DNA from: Alphaproteobacteria bacterium
GTDB taxonomy: Bacteria; Pseudomonadota; Alphaproteobacteria; JABAAW01; JAHZMA01
Assembly: GCA_965243045.1 (NCBI GenBank)
Contig: CBDETR010000004.1
Coordinates: 759,985-823,984, forward strand
Direction: 5' to 3'
DNA: 64,000 nucleotides
Below are positions 1 through 9,732 of this stretch, piece after piece. The position numbers and the translations under genes were made by a program. The stretch's first letter is position 1, and every line of letters starts with the position of its first letter. The notes under the pieces are model-generated. The model was not told the origin of the DNA and ran no database searches. It saw nothing but the letters and a program-made list of their open reading frames with translations.

Positions 1-677
1 CCGATACGAAAATTCTTCAAACCCCAAAAAACATCAAGCACTCCCATGCAATTATGCAAAATTGCCTTATGTTGTAGCATCACCCCTTTGGGCATACCAT
101 TGGTACCCGATGTGTAAGAAAGCAATGCCAAATCATCGCGGGTTATCTGGCTAAGCCTTTCATTGATGACTAACATTTCTTTTGTCGTCAATCTTTGCTC
201 CATTGCGGTTTGCCAATTCATGATTTGCAAATTTTTAGGGGGCTTCTTATCTGTTTGCTGTAAGGTAAAGATTGTTTTCAATTTAGATTTTAAGGCGGCA
301 GACCAAAAATTTTCTAGTAATTCTTCTGATGAGACAAGCGCAATCATGCTACCTGCATCTTGTAAGCAATGCAAATGACTTTCTTTTGTATAAGTTGTAT
401 AATGAGGCACAGGTACCGCACCTGCACATAAAATAGCCAAATCAGCGACAATCCATTCAGGGCTATTATCAGCAATCAGTGCCACCCTATCCCCTTTATT
501 CACCCCCTGCCGAATAAGGGCAGCGGCTAAATTAAGTACATGATGTTTGGTTTGCCGATAAGAAAAATGCACCCATCTATTTTTATGTTTCTTTGCTAAA
601 AAGCTTTTTTCAGGCAAAATATTACATTGGTTCAAAAATAGCTCAGGCAGATGGTTAATATGGTCAAGTGATAAAAT
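1..677 (-). CDS. AMP-dependent synthetase/ligase (acyl-CoA synthetase), N-terminal part; gene runs off the window's left edge
   Basis: The - strand translation contains the AMP-binding signature LSYTSGTNGMPKGVMLQHKAIL. AGGAGG sits at 683-688. The start is ambiguous: in-frame ATT at 675-677 lies 6 nt after the SD, and TTG at 633-635 is an alternative. Confidence 0.75.
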   Translation of the reverse strand, partial: MLSLDHINHLPELFLNQCNILPEKSFLAKKHKNRWVHFSYRQTKHHVLNLAAALIRQGVNKGDRVALIADNSPEWIVADLAILCAGAVPVPHYTTYTKESHLHCLQDAGSMIALVSSEELLENFWSAALKSKLKTIFTLQQTDKKPPKNLQIMNWQTAMEQRLTTKEMLVINERLSQITRDDLALLSYTSGTNGMPKGVMLQHKAILHNCMGVLDVFWGLKNFRI

Positions 678-833
678 TTTTGCCTCCTATCATATTATCT
701 TTATTTAAGTGATAGCATCTTTTCTATTCAGTGATTATATTATGTTAGCGTAAAAAAACAAGTCTTTACTCAATTTGATGGTGATGGTAACAGATGGTAA
801 AATGAATTGTAGACAAGGATACTTACAGAACAG

Positions 834-2075
834 ATGTTAAAAAAAATAAGATGTACATTATTACGACTATTCGTATTGGCTGGATATATGATGTTTGGCT
901 TGCTGAATCATGCCGTTGCACAACAAGCCTCATCTGTTGCTGTGCAAGAAGACGCGCTTTCATTCGGGCAGTTTTACTATGGTTTCTCGGCAAGCACCCT
1001 TAGATTACAAACAGATGAGATTGACGGCATTACCGAACCAGCAAGCGAGAATATTGTGGTGGGCAAATTATTATTGGGTAATTTTTACGCCAATGGGCAT
1101 GTTGATTCCTATATTACGATTCCTTTTAAGAGAAGTTTTGAATTAGGGGATGTGAAAGGTAAATTCTCGCCGGGCATTGAGGCGGGTTATAATTTTTACT
1201 TGCGTCCATTAGGACAAACCCATCATTCGCCTTTTTTGGGGATTGCGCTTTCCTTTCCTAATTATGAATTTTTTACCTCTGCTGGTAAAGGCAGTCGCAA
1301 ATACGATATTGCCCTACCGATTCAGCTTGGTTATGGGTTTTATGGCAATAAAGGGCAGATTGATGTTGGCATTAGGCGCGCTTATGGGCAGTCGGGCGAT
1401 TATTATTTCTCACCCGATGAAGAAACGCGTTTTCAGGCAGAATATCCAGAATTATTCCTCAATTATAAATATGTTACCAATGCGAAAATCACCAAAGTGG
1501 GTGCGGATGCCAAACCACCTCGCAAGGATTGGTGGCCATTTTTGGGGATAGGGCTTTCTAGCGCATGGTTTACACAGGGCAATGATGTCCATAATCAGGA
1601 AAAATCATTGAGCGCATCGGGTTATGGGCAACCGATTGGTGAATATACCGTAGGGCTGGTACGGGCATTTTCTGAAGAAAAATCAAAAAGATTAATTTTG
1701 CAATATTCCTATCGCCCGATAAATATTGAATATAAGGCTTATGAAAAATCTGTTATCTATCAACTGGATAGTCGCGGGGTAGAATTGCTTTATAACCCCC
1801 GTATTAGCGCAGGGATTGCACCATTTTTTGGCTTGGGCATCAATGATAATAAGATGGTATTTACCGATGAAAAGGGGCAAACATATCAAGATGAGCAACA
1901 ACAAATGTCGGTATTATTGGGTTGGGATATTTTGCCCAATCCGAATGCAGGGTTTCATTTGCGGTTTGGTTTACGTTATATGCAAGAGGCGATTTTATCG
2001 GTTGAAGAAGAAAATAAACAGATTAAATTCCCCAATTTAGAAGTGAGTTATGTCAATCTTGTATGGCAGTTTTAG
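834..2075 (+). CDS. Putative outer-membrane beta-barrel protein (signal peptide, C-terminal aromatic residue ...LVWQF)
   Basis: N-terminal signal peptide MLKKIRCTLLRLFVLAGYMMFGLLNHAVA. Gly/Tyr/Phe-rich alternating pattern, terminal Phe. I do not recognise a family. Confidence 0.6.
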   Translation: MLKKIRCTLLRLFVLAGYMMFGLLNHAVAQQASSVAVQEDALSFGQFYYGFSASTLRLQTDEIDGITEPASENIVVGKLLLGNFYANGHVDSYITIPFKRSFELGDVKGKFSPGIEAGYNFYLRPLGQTHHSPFLGIALSFPNYEFFTSAGKGSRKYDIALPIQLGYGFYGNKGQIDVGIRRAYGQSGDYYFSPDEETRFQAEYPELFLNYKYVTNAKITKVGADAKPPRKDWWPFLGIGLSSAWFTQGNDVHNQEKSLSASGYGQPIGEYTVGLVRAFSEEKSKRLILQYSYRPINIEYKAYEKSVIYQLDSRGVELLYNPRISAGIAPFFGLGINDNKMVFTDEKGQTYQDEQQQMSVLLGWDILPNPNAGFHLRFGLRYMQEAILSVEEENKQIKFPNLEVSYVNLVWQF

Positions 2076-2263
2076 CCTATAAAAAAATGTTTATCAAAAT
2101 AGACACATATCAAGGGACTGATAGGTTGATATGTCGTATTTGAGATATGTCTATTCGAAAAATCCTTTTAAGATATAACTGTTAATTTATCAAAAAAATA
2201 TGTTTATTATGAATGTTTTATCATGGTATGTTTCATCATGAATAGATTAACTTTATATATGCA

Positions 2264-3934
2264 ATGAAGAAGCGAGATATCATGCAACAAACAAATATTA
2301 ATAGTGAATTGCTAGAAAGCCTAGATGGCGATATTTTGCATGAAGATGTTGTGGATGTCTGCTCAAGCTATGGTGAAGGGGCATGTGATAGGCGCGAATT
2401 TTTACGAACCTTAACATTGTTAGGGGTTAGCAGTGCCAGTGCCTATGCGGCGATTGGAATTACCGACCCACATCTTGCAGAGGCTGCTGAGGTGAAACGT
2501 GGCGGTACATTGCGTCTTGGTATGCCCGTGCAAGAATTAACCGACCCTGCTTTATTTGATTGGACTGAAAAATCTAATATTGCGCGTTTGATGGTGCAAT
2601 ATTTAACACATACCCCCGGTGATAATGTAACACGCCCTTATTTAGCCGTTTCGTGGAAGCCTAATAGAGAGCTTACCCGTTGGCGATTCAAGCTTGATAA
2701 GCGTGCAAAATGGTCGAATGGCGAAAAATTAACCGCTCATGATGTTAAATATACTTATGAGGGTTTTGTTGCGCCTGATTCAAAATCGTCAGCAAAATCT
2801 TTATTCAGCTCTTTGACAAAAATTGAGGTGGTGAATGACCATGAATTTGTCATGCATTTATCGGCGCCGTCTTTATCGATTCCTGAAAATTGCTATCATT
2901 ATCCTTGCCCAATTGTGCCACAAGGGTTTTATGAAAAATATGATGGCAACTTAAAACATCCTGATTTGCCTGTGAGTGGACCGTATCAGCTGAAAGAACA
3001 TAAGGTAGGGCGTAGGGCAGTGTTAGAAAAACGCAAAGATTATTGGGGTGATGAAGGTTATCTTGATGCGATTCATATTTTTGATTTGGGAACTGATTTT
3101 CAAGCCTCAATCGCTGCTTTGGCATCGGGGCAGGTTGATTTGCTTTATCAACATACCATTAACGAGCTTGATTTGGTAGAAAAATTACCCAATATACAAG
3201 TGATTGGTGGACCAAGCACACAAACCATTGTGATGCGGATGCAAACGGATACAGCCCCTTTTGATAATCTTAAATTGCGTCAAGCCATTGTGGCGGCGGT
3301 AAATAATTCACTGGTTAAAAAATTCGCTTATCGCGACCTTGCAACTTTAGGGCATAATCACCATGTATCCCCTGAACATCCAGAATATCATAAATTGCCA
3401 GATTTGAAGCGCAATGTTGCGAAATCAAAGAAATTATTGACTGAAGCGGGTTACCCCAAAGGCGTTACGCTTAAAATATCGCTTGGCAATACACAAGGCA
3501 CATTCGAACAAGATGCCGTGCAAATTGTTAAAGAACAGTTGGCTGAAGTGGGAATTCGTTTGAAGTTGAATGTTTTGCCAACAACGCAATATTGGGAAAT
3601 ATGGGATAAAGCGCCTTTCTCTCTTACCTATTGGGCGCATCGTCCGTTAGGCACGATGGTGATGGAATTGGCGTATCGTTCGGGTGTTTCATGGAACGAA
3701 TCGCATTATAATAATCCAGATTTTGATAAAGCCTTAGCAAAGGCAATTTCAATTTCAGACCCTAAAAAACGTTCTAAAGTGATGAAAGAATTAGAAACTT
3801 ATTTGCAAAATGATGCGATTATGATTCAGCCTTTCTTCTCGCAAGTATTTACCTCTGCCTCCAATAAAGTAAAAGGGGTAGAAGCGAATCCAGCACGTTA
3901 TCAAGAGTTGGCTTGGGCTTGGTTAGAAGCATAA
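2264..3934 (+). CDS. ABC transporter substrate-binding protein, family 5 (peptide/nickel/opine type), Tat signal
   Basis: Twin-arginine motif RREFLRTL. ~550 aa SBP_bac_5-like. First gene of a 4-gene ABC operon. Confidence 0.8.
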   Translation: MKKRDIMQQTNINSELLESLDGDILHEDVVDVCSSYGEGACDRREFLRTLTLLGVSSASAYAAIGITDPHLAEAAEVKRGGTLRLGMPVQELTDPALFDWTEKSNIARLMVQYLTHTPGDNVTRPYLAVSWKPNRELTRWRFKLDKRAKWSNGEKLTAHDVKYTYEGFVAPDSKSSAKSLFSSLTKIEVVNDHEFVMHLSAPSLSIPENCYHYPCPIVPQGFYEKYDGNLKHPDLPVSGPYQLKEHKVGRRAVLEKRKDYWGDEGYLDAIHIFDLGTDFQASIAALASGQVDLLYQHTINELDLVEKLPNIQVIGGPSTQTIVMRMQTDTAPFDNLKLRQAIVAAVNNSLVKKFAYRDLATLGHNHHVSPEHPEYHKLPDLKRNVAKSKKLLTEAGYPKGVTLKISLGNTQGTFEQDAVQIVKEQLAEVGIRLKLNVLPTTQYWEIWDKAPFSLTYWAHRPLGTMVMELAYRSGVSWNESHYNNPDFDKALAKAISISDPKKRSKVMKELETYLQNDAIMIQPFFSQVFTSASNKVKGVEANPARYQELAWAWLEA

Positions 3935-4082
3935 AACCTTGCACATATTTAAGTGATATTTATGCATCGCTTTATTTGCGAAATAATAAGTAATTTGTTA
4001 TATTGTCGGCATTTAAAGCGTTGCATTTTATTGATTTTGAAAATGTGGCTGTTGTTTTTAAGAAAGTGAATAGGGGCATTCT

Positions 4083-5030
4083 TTGGTAGAATTTATTTTA
4101 CGCCGATTATTTTTGCTAGTCATCACATTGTTAGTGGCTTCCGTGATAGTGTTTCTAGTGTTGGAGCTGGATATTTATAATGTTGCAGTAAAGGTTTTAG
4201 GACCTTTCAGCACGGAAGAACAGCGGAATCTTTGGCTAGAAGAAAATGGGTATTTTCGCCCTGCTTATAGCCGTTATTTCAGTTGGTTAGGGCATGTGTT
4301 GATGGGTGATTTTGGCGTATCAACCCTTTATAAAGAACCTGTGATGGACGTTTTGTTACCGCGTTTAGGGGCAACGGCATTGCTTGGATTTATCTCTCTT
4401 GTGTTAATTGTTGTTTTTGCTCTTATTTTGGGCGTGCTTGCGGGCATGCGTCAGGGGTCGTGGATAGATAGACTTATTTCGTTTTTTACAGTGACTCTTT
4501 CTTCATTGCCTGAATTTGCGACTGCCGTATTTTTCTCACTCTTATTTGTGTATCAGTTAAAAATTTTACCGGGCACATCTAGCATGATAACGGGCTTTAA
4601 TGTAAAGGAATTGATTTTACCAGTCTTGGTCGTCTTCTTTTATGGCGTAGGCTATTTGGCAAGAATTACCCGTGCATCGATGATTGAAGTGATGGAATCA
4701 CATTATGTTCGTACAGCCTTTATGAAAGGTGTGCCATTTCAGCAAGTGATTATAAAACACGCGTTACGCAATGCTTTGGTTGCACCGGTGACGGTGATTT
4801 TCTTATTATTGCCATGGTTGCTTTCAGGTTTGATTGTGGTAGAAACATTTTTTGCCTATAAGGGCTTTGGCTATGTGTTGGTAGAAGCATCACTTTACGA
4901 TGATGTTTATATGATTCAGGCATGCACAATCGTGAGTGTGTTGGTGGTTGTTTGCACACAGTTTTTATCTGATTTGGCGTATATGTGGTTGAATCCTCGA
5001 ATCTCTTTTGCGGGGCAGGGCAATATTTAA
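4083..5030 (+). CDS. ABC transporter permease (DppB/OppB-like)
   Basis: TTG start. ILRRL N-terminus and 6 TM segments typical of DppB. Confidence 0.8.
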   Translation: MVEFILRRLFLLVITLLVASVIVFLVLELDIYNVAVKVLGPFSTEEQRNLWLEENGYFRPAYSRYFSWLGHVLMGDFGVSTLYKEPVMDVLLPRLGATALLGFISLVLIVVFALILGVLAGMRQGSWIDRLISFFTVTLSSLPEFATAVFFSLLFVYQLKILPGTSSMITGFNVKELILPVLVVFFYGVGYLARITRASMIEVMESHYVRTAFMKGVPFQQVIIKHALRNALVAPVTVIFLLLPWLLSGLIVVETFFAYKGFGYVLVEASLYDDVYMIQACTIVSVLVVVCTQFLSDLAYMWLNPRISFAGQGNI

Positions 5031-5899
5031 TGGTTGCGAATAAAGATGAGATGATTCCTGCTAAAATTAGCTGGTTACAATGGGTGATGCGCCATAAGCT
5101 TTTCTCGTTTGGGGTATTTCTTGTTGGCTTTTGGTTGTTCGTGGCGATTTTTGCACAATTACTGGTACCGTACGACCCTTACGCAAGCTTCGTTCCTTTT
5201 GCAAAACCCGGCGCAACAAACCCCAATGGCGGTATTTTTTTGCTAGGCACCGACCATCTTGGACGTGATACATTGTCGCGTTTGATTGTGGGCGCGCAAA
5301 ATGTGTTATTTTGGGCAAGCATTGCCACTTGTTCGGCTTATATTTTGGGCATTGTCACAGGCTTGCTTGCTGGTTACCATCGGGGTTATATTGATGTAAT
5401 TTTAAGCTTCTTTGTGAATGTCATTTTATCGTTTCCAATTTTGGTGTTGTTCATTTTGGTGATTAGCCAGTTAGGGGCATCGGGAGTGAATATTATTCTT
5501 GCGGTTACATTTGCAACCGGTCCACTTGTTTTTAGAATTGTTCGTGCGATGGTGTTAGATATTCGCACAAAAGATTTTGTGTCGGCGGCAATTATTCGCG
5601 GTGAAAAGCCACTTTATATCATGTTTGTAGAAATTTTCCCCAATATCACCGCGCCATTGGTGGCAGATTTTTGTTTGCGCTATGGCTATATTACAATTTT
5701 GATTGGTGTGTTAGGGTTTTTAGGATTAGGTTTGCCACCGCCCACCCCGGAATGGGGCGGTATGGTAAGTGAAGGGCGCAAATTTGTGTTTGTTGCCTCG
5801 CATATTGTGCTGATGCCTTGTATCGCTATTTCTAGTTTGGTGCTTGGTTTGAATTTATTGGCTGATGGTATGAAACAATTAACGCAACGGCGCGGATAG
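5030..5899 (+). CDS. ABC transporter permease (DppC/OppC-like)
   Basis: ATG at 5030 overlaps the upstream TAA (TAATG coupling). I prefer it over the 4985 ORF-track start. Confidence 0.75.
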   Translation: MVANKDEMIPAKISWLQWVMRHKLFSFGVFLVGFWLFVAIFAQLLVPYDPYASFVPFAKPGATNPNGGIFLLGTDHLGRDTLSRLIVGAQNVLFWASIATCSAYILGIVTGLLAGYHRGYIDVILSFFVNVILSFPILVLFILVISQLGASGVNIILAVTFATGPLVFRIVRAMVLDIRTKDFVSAAIIRGEKPLYIMFVEIFPNITAPLVADFCLRYGYITILIGVLGFLGLGLPPPTPEWGGMVSEGRKFVFVASHIVLMPCIAISSLVLGLNLLADGMKQLTQRRG

Positions 5900-5914
5900 A
5901 TTATTGAGACAGAA

Positions 5915-7612
5915 ATGGTAGAAAAACAAGCTATAAAAGCAGAGCAAGACGATTTGGCGCAAATAGATATTGCTGATAAAAAAACGGGCGATGTTATTTT
6001 AAGTATCAAAAAGCTTAATGTCCGTTTGCCTGATTATGCCGATAGGCGTCATGCGATTAAAGATTTGTCGTTACAGCTTTATCGTGGCGAAATTCTGTGT
6101 GTGATTGGTGAATCAGGTTCGGGTAAATCTATGCTGGCATCGGTGATTATGCGTTATTTGCCAAAAGATGTTGTCATTGATTCAGGTGATATTATCTTTA
6201 AGGGACGCAACCTTGCAGAATTATCTGTTTCTGATATGGCATCCTTGCGTGGCAAAAATATCTCTATGGTTTTTCAAGAGCCTTTATCATCGCTGAACCC
6301 TTCCATGAAAATAGGCGCGCAAGTGGAAGAAGTTTTTCAAATTCATTCCGATATTCCCAAAGCCCAACATAAGGAATATTGTTTGCGTCTGTTTGAAGAA
6401 ATGAAGCTACCGGATATAGAGCGGATTTATCATTCATACCCGCATCAATTATCAGGGGGGCAATGCCAGAGAGTGATTATTGCGATGGCATTGGCATTAG
6501 AGCCAGATGTGTTAATTGCGGATGAGCCGACCACTGCGCTTGATGTCACAACGCAAGCTTCCATCATAGATTTGTTTCATGAATTAAAGCAGAAAACCAA
6601 TCGTGGCATTATCTTTATCACCCATGATTGTGGGTTAGTGGCTGAAATCGCTGATAGGGTGGCAGTGATGGAAAATGGTGTTTTGGTGGAATGTGGTGAT
6701 GTGCAACAGATTTTGAATCAGCCGCAACATTCTTATACCAAAAAATTAATCTCAGCAGTGCCTAGCTTAAAAGTTAAAAAACGCACAGAGCCAAAACGTA
6801 CAGAGTCAAAAAAGAATAAAAAAACATTGCCCAATTATTTATTAGATGTCCGCAAGGTAAATAAGATTTATGGCACGCAAACCCATGCTGCAAAAAACAT
6901 TAACCTCACCTTAGAACAAGGGAAGGTTTTAACGATTGTTGGGGAATCAGGGTCGGGCAAATCCACGTTGGCAAAAATGATTGTTCGGTTAGAAAATGTG
7001 GATAATGGGCAAATTTTCATTGATGGCAAAGATATTGTGCAGATGAAGAAATCAGAATTATTAGCCAATCGCCGTTTGGTGCAAATGATTTTTCAAGACC
7101 CTAATTCTTCCCTAAATCCCAAACATAATGTTGGGCAGATTATCGGGCGTGGTGCCATGTTGTTACAAAATAAAAGCAGGAAAGAAGCATGGGCAATTGC
7201 GATGGATTATTTAGAAATGGTGGGTTTAGAACGCCATGCCGTTTATAGGAAACCGCATGAATTTTCAGGCGGACAACGCCAACGAATTGCGATTGCGCGC
7301 GCCCTTGCGTTACAACCCAAATTATTGATTGCGGATGAGGCGGTTTCGGCTTTAGATGTTTCGGTGCAAAAATTAGTACTAGAATTATTGGCTGATTTGC
7401 AGAAAAGATTGAATCTGACGGTATTATTTATCACGCATGATTTGCGTGTGGCGGCACAAATTAGCGATTTTGTGGCTGTGATGAATAAGGGTGAAGTGGT
7501 TGAAAATAGAACGGTTCAAGATGTGCTTGGCAAGCCAAGCCATTCTTACACCAAGCAATTATTTAATTCTGCGCCGGGGCGTGATTGGGTTCTGCCAAAT
7601 TTTGATGATTAA
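5915..7612 (+). CDS. ABC transporter ATP-binding protein, fused tandem NBDs (DppD/DppF-like)
   Basis: Two Walker A motifs GESGSGKS, two LSGGQ signatures, two Walker B/H-loops. Confidence 0.9.
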   Translation: MVEKQAIKAEQDDLAQIDIADKKTGDVILSIKKLNVRLPDYADRRHAIKDLSLQLYRGEILCVIGESGSGKSMLASVIMRYLPKDVVIDSGDIIFKGRNLAELSVSDMASLRGKNISMVFQEPLSSLNPSMKIGAQVEEVFQIHSDIPKAQHKEYCLRLFEEMKLPDIERIYHSYPHQLSGGQCQRVIIAMALALEPDVLIADEPTTALDVTTQASIIDLFHELKQKTNRGIIFITHDCGLVAEIADRVAVMENGVLVECGDVQQILNQPQHSYTKKLISAVPSLKVKKRTEPKRTESKKNKKTLPNYLLDVRKVNKIYGTQTHAAKNINLTLEQGKVLTIVGESGSGKSTLAKMIVRLENVDNGQIFIDGKDIVQMKKSELLANRRLVQMIFQDPNSSLNPKHNVGQIIGRGAMLLQNKSRKEAWAIAMDYLEMVGLERHAVYRKPHEFSGGQRQRIAIARALALQPKLLIADEAVSALDVSVQKLVLELLADLQKRLNLTVLFITHDLRVAAQISDFVAVMNKGEVVENRTVQDVLGKPSHSYTKQLFNSAPGRDWVLPNFDD

Positions 7613-8264
7613 CATCACTCATTTCTTGTTGCATATTAATATCAGGTGATTGGCTTTGGTCATTTTGATTGTTCGTTTGTAGTGAAATATCTACCATATT
7701 TTCCGTCATATCTTCTGTTGCTTCTTCTGTGATGTTATCAATTATTTCTGGCATTTCTGGCTCTGAATCTATGCCATCATTGACTATTGCATCATTGTTT
7801 ATTATTGGGTCTGCATCGGTGGTATTGATTTCTGGCGTTTCCGATACTGCCATTTCTGATATTTCTGGGACTTGTTCAATAGCTTCTTCTGGTATTTCTT
7901 TTATTATTTCATCAGGGATATTTTCTTCATAGGTTTCAGTTTCAATGGGTATGATAGACATAGGGTTTAATTCACGTTGAAACACATGGTCTATCTGTGG
8001 AATATCAATCAAAGTTTGTTCAAATTTTGCAATATTATCGGGGCTATCGCTATGGGCTGGAAAGAAGGGTTCATCAATTAAACGTGATGGGGTGGGTTGA
8101 TAAATATCCGTACTACGCGTTGTTAGCGGACGATAAGCATATTGTCTTTCATCATCTTCTGTTTCTTCTTTTGTTGTATTTTCTTCAGCTAATATTTCTT
8201 CAGTTGGGGGTTCGGCTAATATTTCTTCAGTTGGGGGTTCGGCTAAGATTTCTTCAGTTGTCAC
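7563..8264 (-). CDS. Acidic repeat protein; likely the C-terminal continuation of 8261-9688 after a repeat-associated -1 frameshift
   Basis: Starts inside (TEEILAEPP)n repeats that match the repeats at the end of the upstream ORF. No independent RBS or start context. It overlaps the convergent ABC ATPase gene by 50 nt. Confidence 0.5.
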   Translation of the reverse strand: MTTEEILAEPPTEEILAEPPTEEILAEENTTKEETEDDERQYAYRPLTTRSTDIYQPTPSRLIDEPFFPAHSDSPDNIAKFEQTLIDIPQIDHVFQRELNPMSIIPIETETYEENIPDEIIKEIPEEAIEQVPEISEMAVSETPEINTTDADPIINNDAIVNDGIDSEPEMPEIIDNITEEATEDMTENMVDISLQTNNQNDQSQSPDINMQQEMSDVNHQNLAEPNHAPAQN

Positions 8265-9688
8265 TTCTTCAGTTGTTCGGCTAATATTTCTTCAGTTGTC
8301 ACTTCTTCAGTTGTCACTTCTTCAGTTGTCACTTCTTTAGTTGCCACTTCTTCAGTTGATGGTGCGGAAGGCGCAAAACTATCGAGCATAATATCTTCTA
8401 TGATTGCATCTGGTGGTATGTCTGGAATATCTGTTACTTCATGAATATCTATTCTTTCGTCTTCGGCTATTTTTTCTTCTGTCTCCGCTATGATTGTTTC
8501 TTCCGTTATAATTTCTTCGACTGATGTCGTTTCAATTTCAGCATCCTCTATAGGGACATCTTCTGGGGTTTCAGATGTTGCGAGTTCTTCTTTGAGATGG
8601 TCATTCATTTCTTGATTAGGGTGGCTGTGATGGGGCGCATTATCATCTAAAGCAACATGCGATTGCTGTGTTTCAGCGATGATTTGATAATGGCTCATAA
8701 TGGCATCAGTATCATTGTAATTGGCATTATTATCGATAGTGGCAATCATACCCTCATCAATAATGTCGGCATTATTATCTTCACTATTATCCTCGCTGAT
8801 AGTATCATCGGCATCATTGCTTACATCAGGGATATTATTTTTCTGAAGTGATTCCTCTACCATTTGCAATTTTTCTTCTGGCAAAGGAAATTCTTCAACA
8901 AGCGTTTCTAATGTTAGCGCATCGTCATTTGAGATATTTTCGATTATTTTTTCTGTTGTTTCCGCGCTTATTTCATCACTTGTTTCTGCATTTATTTCTA
9001 TTGGCACTTCTTCTATTGAATCATCAACCATCATGCTCTGCTCGGCGGTTGCCACCGTTAAATTGCCCTGATGAAGGTGATAATTAATACCATCTATCGG
9101 GAGAAAATTTTGCTCTTGATGGGTAAGAATAATCAGACAATTTTTTTTACGTGCCAAAAATTCTTGCAAATTTTGATGAATTGTTTCAGGCAATATGCAA
9201 AAAGGCAAATGTAGAAAATAAGCCTGTGCCTCCATAATAAAACAGCAGATTAAGCGGAAAATAATTTGTTGTTCGGCATTTAATGTTTGATAATTTAGCT
9301 CAATCATCTCATCATAATTAAGATTAAAATTTATAAATAAATGGCGGATATGGGTTTCATCAACCACATGACCAGCAGATAATAGAGCAAGATTATCTTT
9401 TAAGGAAAAACGGGGTTTTAAGTCAACCATATCACTAAACACACCAACGAGTTTCTGTCTTTTTTGTGGTGTGAGTGTAAAGGGCGATTCACCAAATAGC
9501 TGAACATTGCCGGCTTGAGGATAGGCAAGCCCTGCTAAAATATTCAGTAAATTCTCTTTACCACTTTCATCTGAACCGCCAATAATCACAGGCAGTCCCA
9601 GTTTAATTTGCAAATAGGGAATATCTAGAAGATGTTCTGTACCATCATCATGATAGATAGGATGTTTAATATTCTCACAAATAAGCAT
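8261..9688 (-). CDS. Degenerate ABC-NBD-like domain fused to a long hyper-acidic repeat region; upstream part of a frameshift-split gene
   Basis: N-terminal ~200 aa carry an ABC-ATPase scaffold with non-canonical motifs: Walker A GGSDESGKENLL, signature LNAEQQ, Walker B AYFLHLP, H-loop LTHQ. It is followed by a D/E/I/T-rich low-complexity region ending in (EEVTT)n repeats. Confidence 0.6.
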   Translation of the reverse strand: MLICENIKHPIYHDDGTEHLLDIPYLQIKLGLPVIIGGSDESGKENLLNILAGLAYPQAGNVQLFGESPFTLTPQKRQKLVGVFSDMVDLKPRFSLKDNLALLSAGHVVDETHIRHLFINFNLNYDEMIELNYQTLNAEQQIIFRLICCFIMEAQAYFLHLPFCILPETIHQNLQEFLARKKNCLIILTHQEQNFLPIDGINYHLHQGNLTVATAEQSMMVDDSIEEVPIEINAETSDEISAETTEKIIENISNDDALTLETLVEEFPLPEEKLQMVEESLQKNNIPDVSNDADDTISEDNSEDNNADIIDEGMIATIDNNANYNDTDAIMSHYQIIAETQQSHVALDDNAPHHSHPNQEMNDHLKEELATSETPEDVPIEDAEIETTSVEEIITEETIIAETEEKIAEDERIDIHEVTDIPDIPPDAIIEDIMLDSFAPSAPSTEEVATKEVTTEEVTTEEVTTEEILAEQLKK

Positions 9689-9732
9689 AATGATGACTAT
9701 AACAATTTTGTATCTCTACAGATAGAGAAGAT

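Noticed and set aside
4985-5029. ORF-track start of the DppC-like permease at 4985
   Set aside because: ATG at 5030 forms a TAATG stop/start overlap with the upstream permease, which is the typical coupling arrangement. The earlier start would overlap by 46 nt.
7669-8284. Plus-strand ORFs 7669-7932 and 7997-8284 (Ser/Ile- and Leu-rich)
   Set aside because: They are antisense to the acidic low-complexity gene. Their composition is the complement of E/D/T-rich codons. They are shadow ORFs.
8190-8345. Possible CRISPR array because of short tandem repeats
   Set aside because: The repeats are contiguous, with no unique spacers. They are in-frame coding repeats (27- and 15-bp units), and there are no cas genes.
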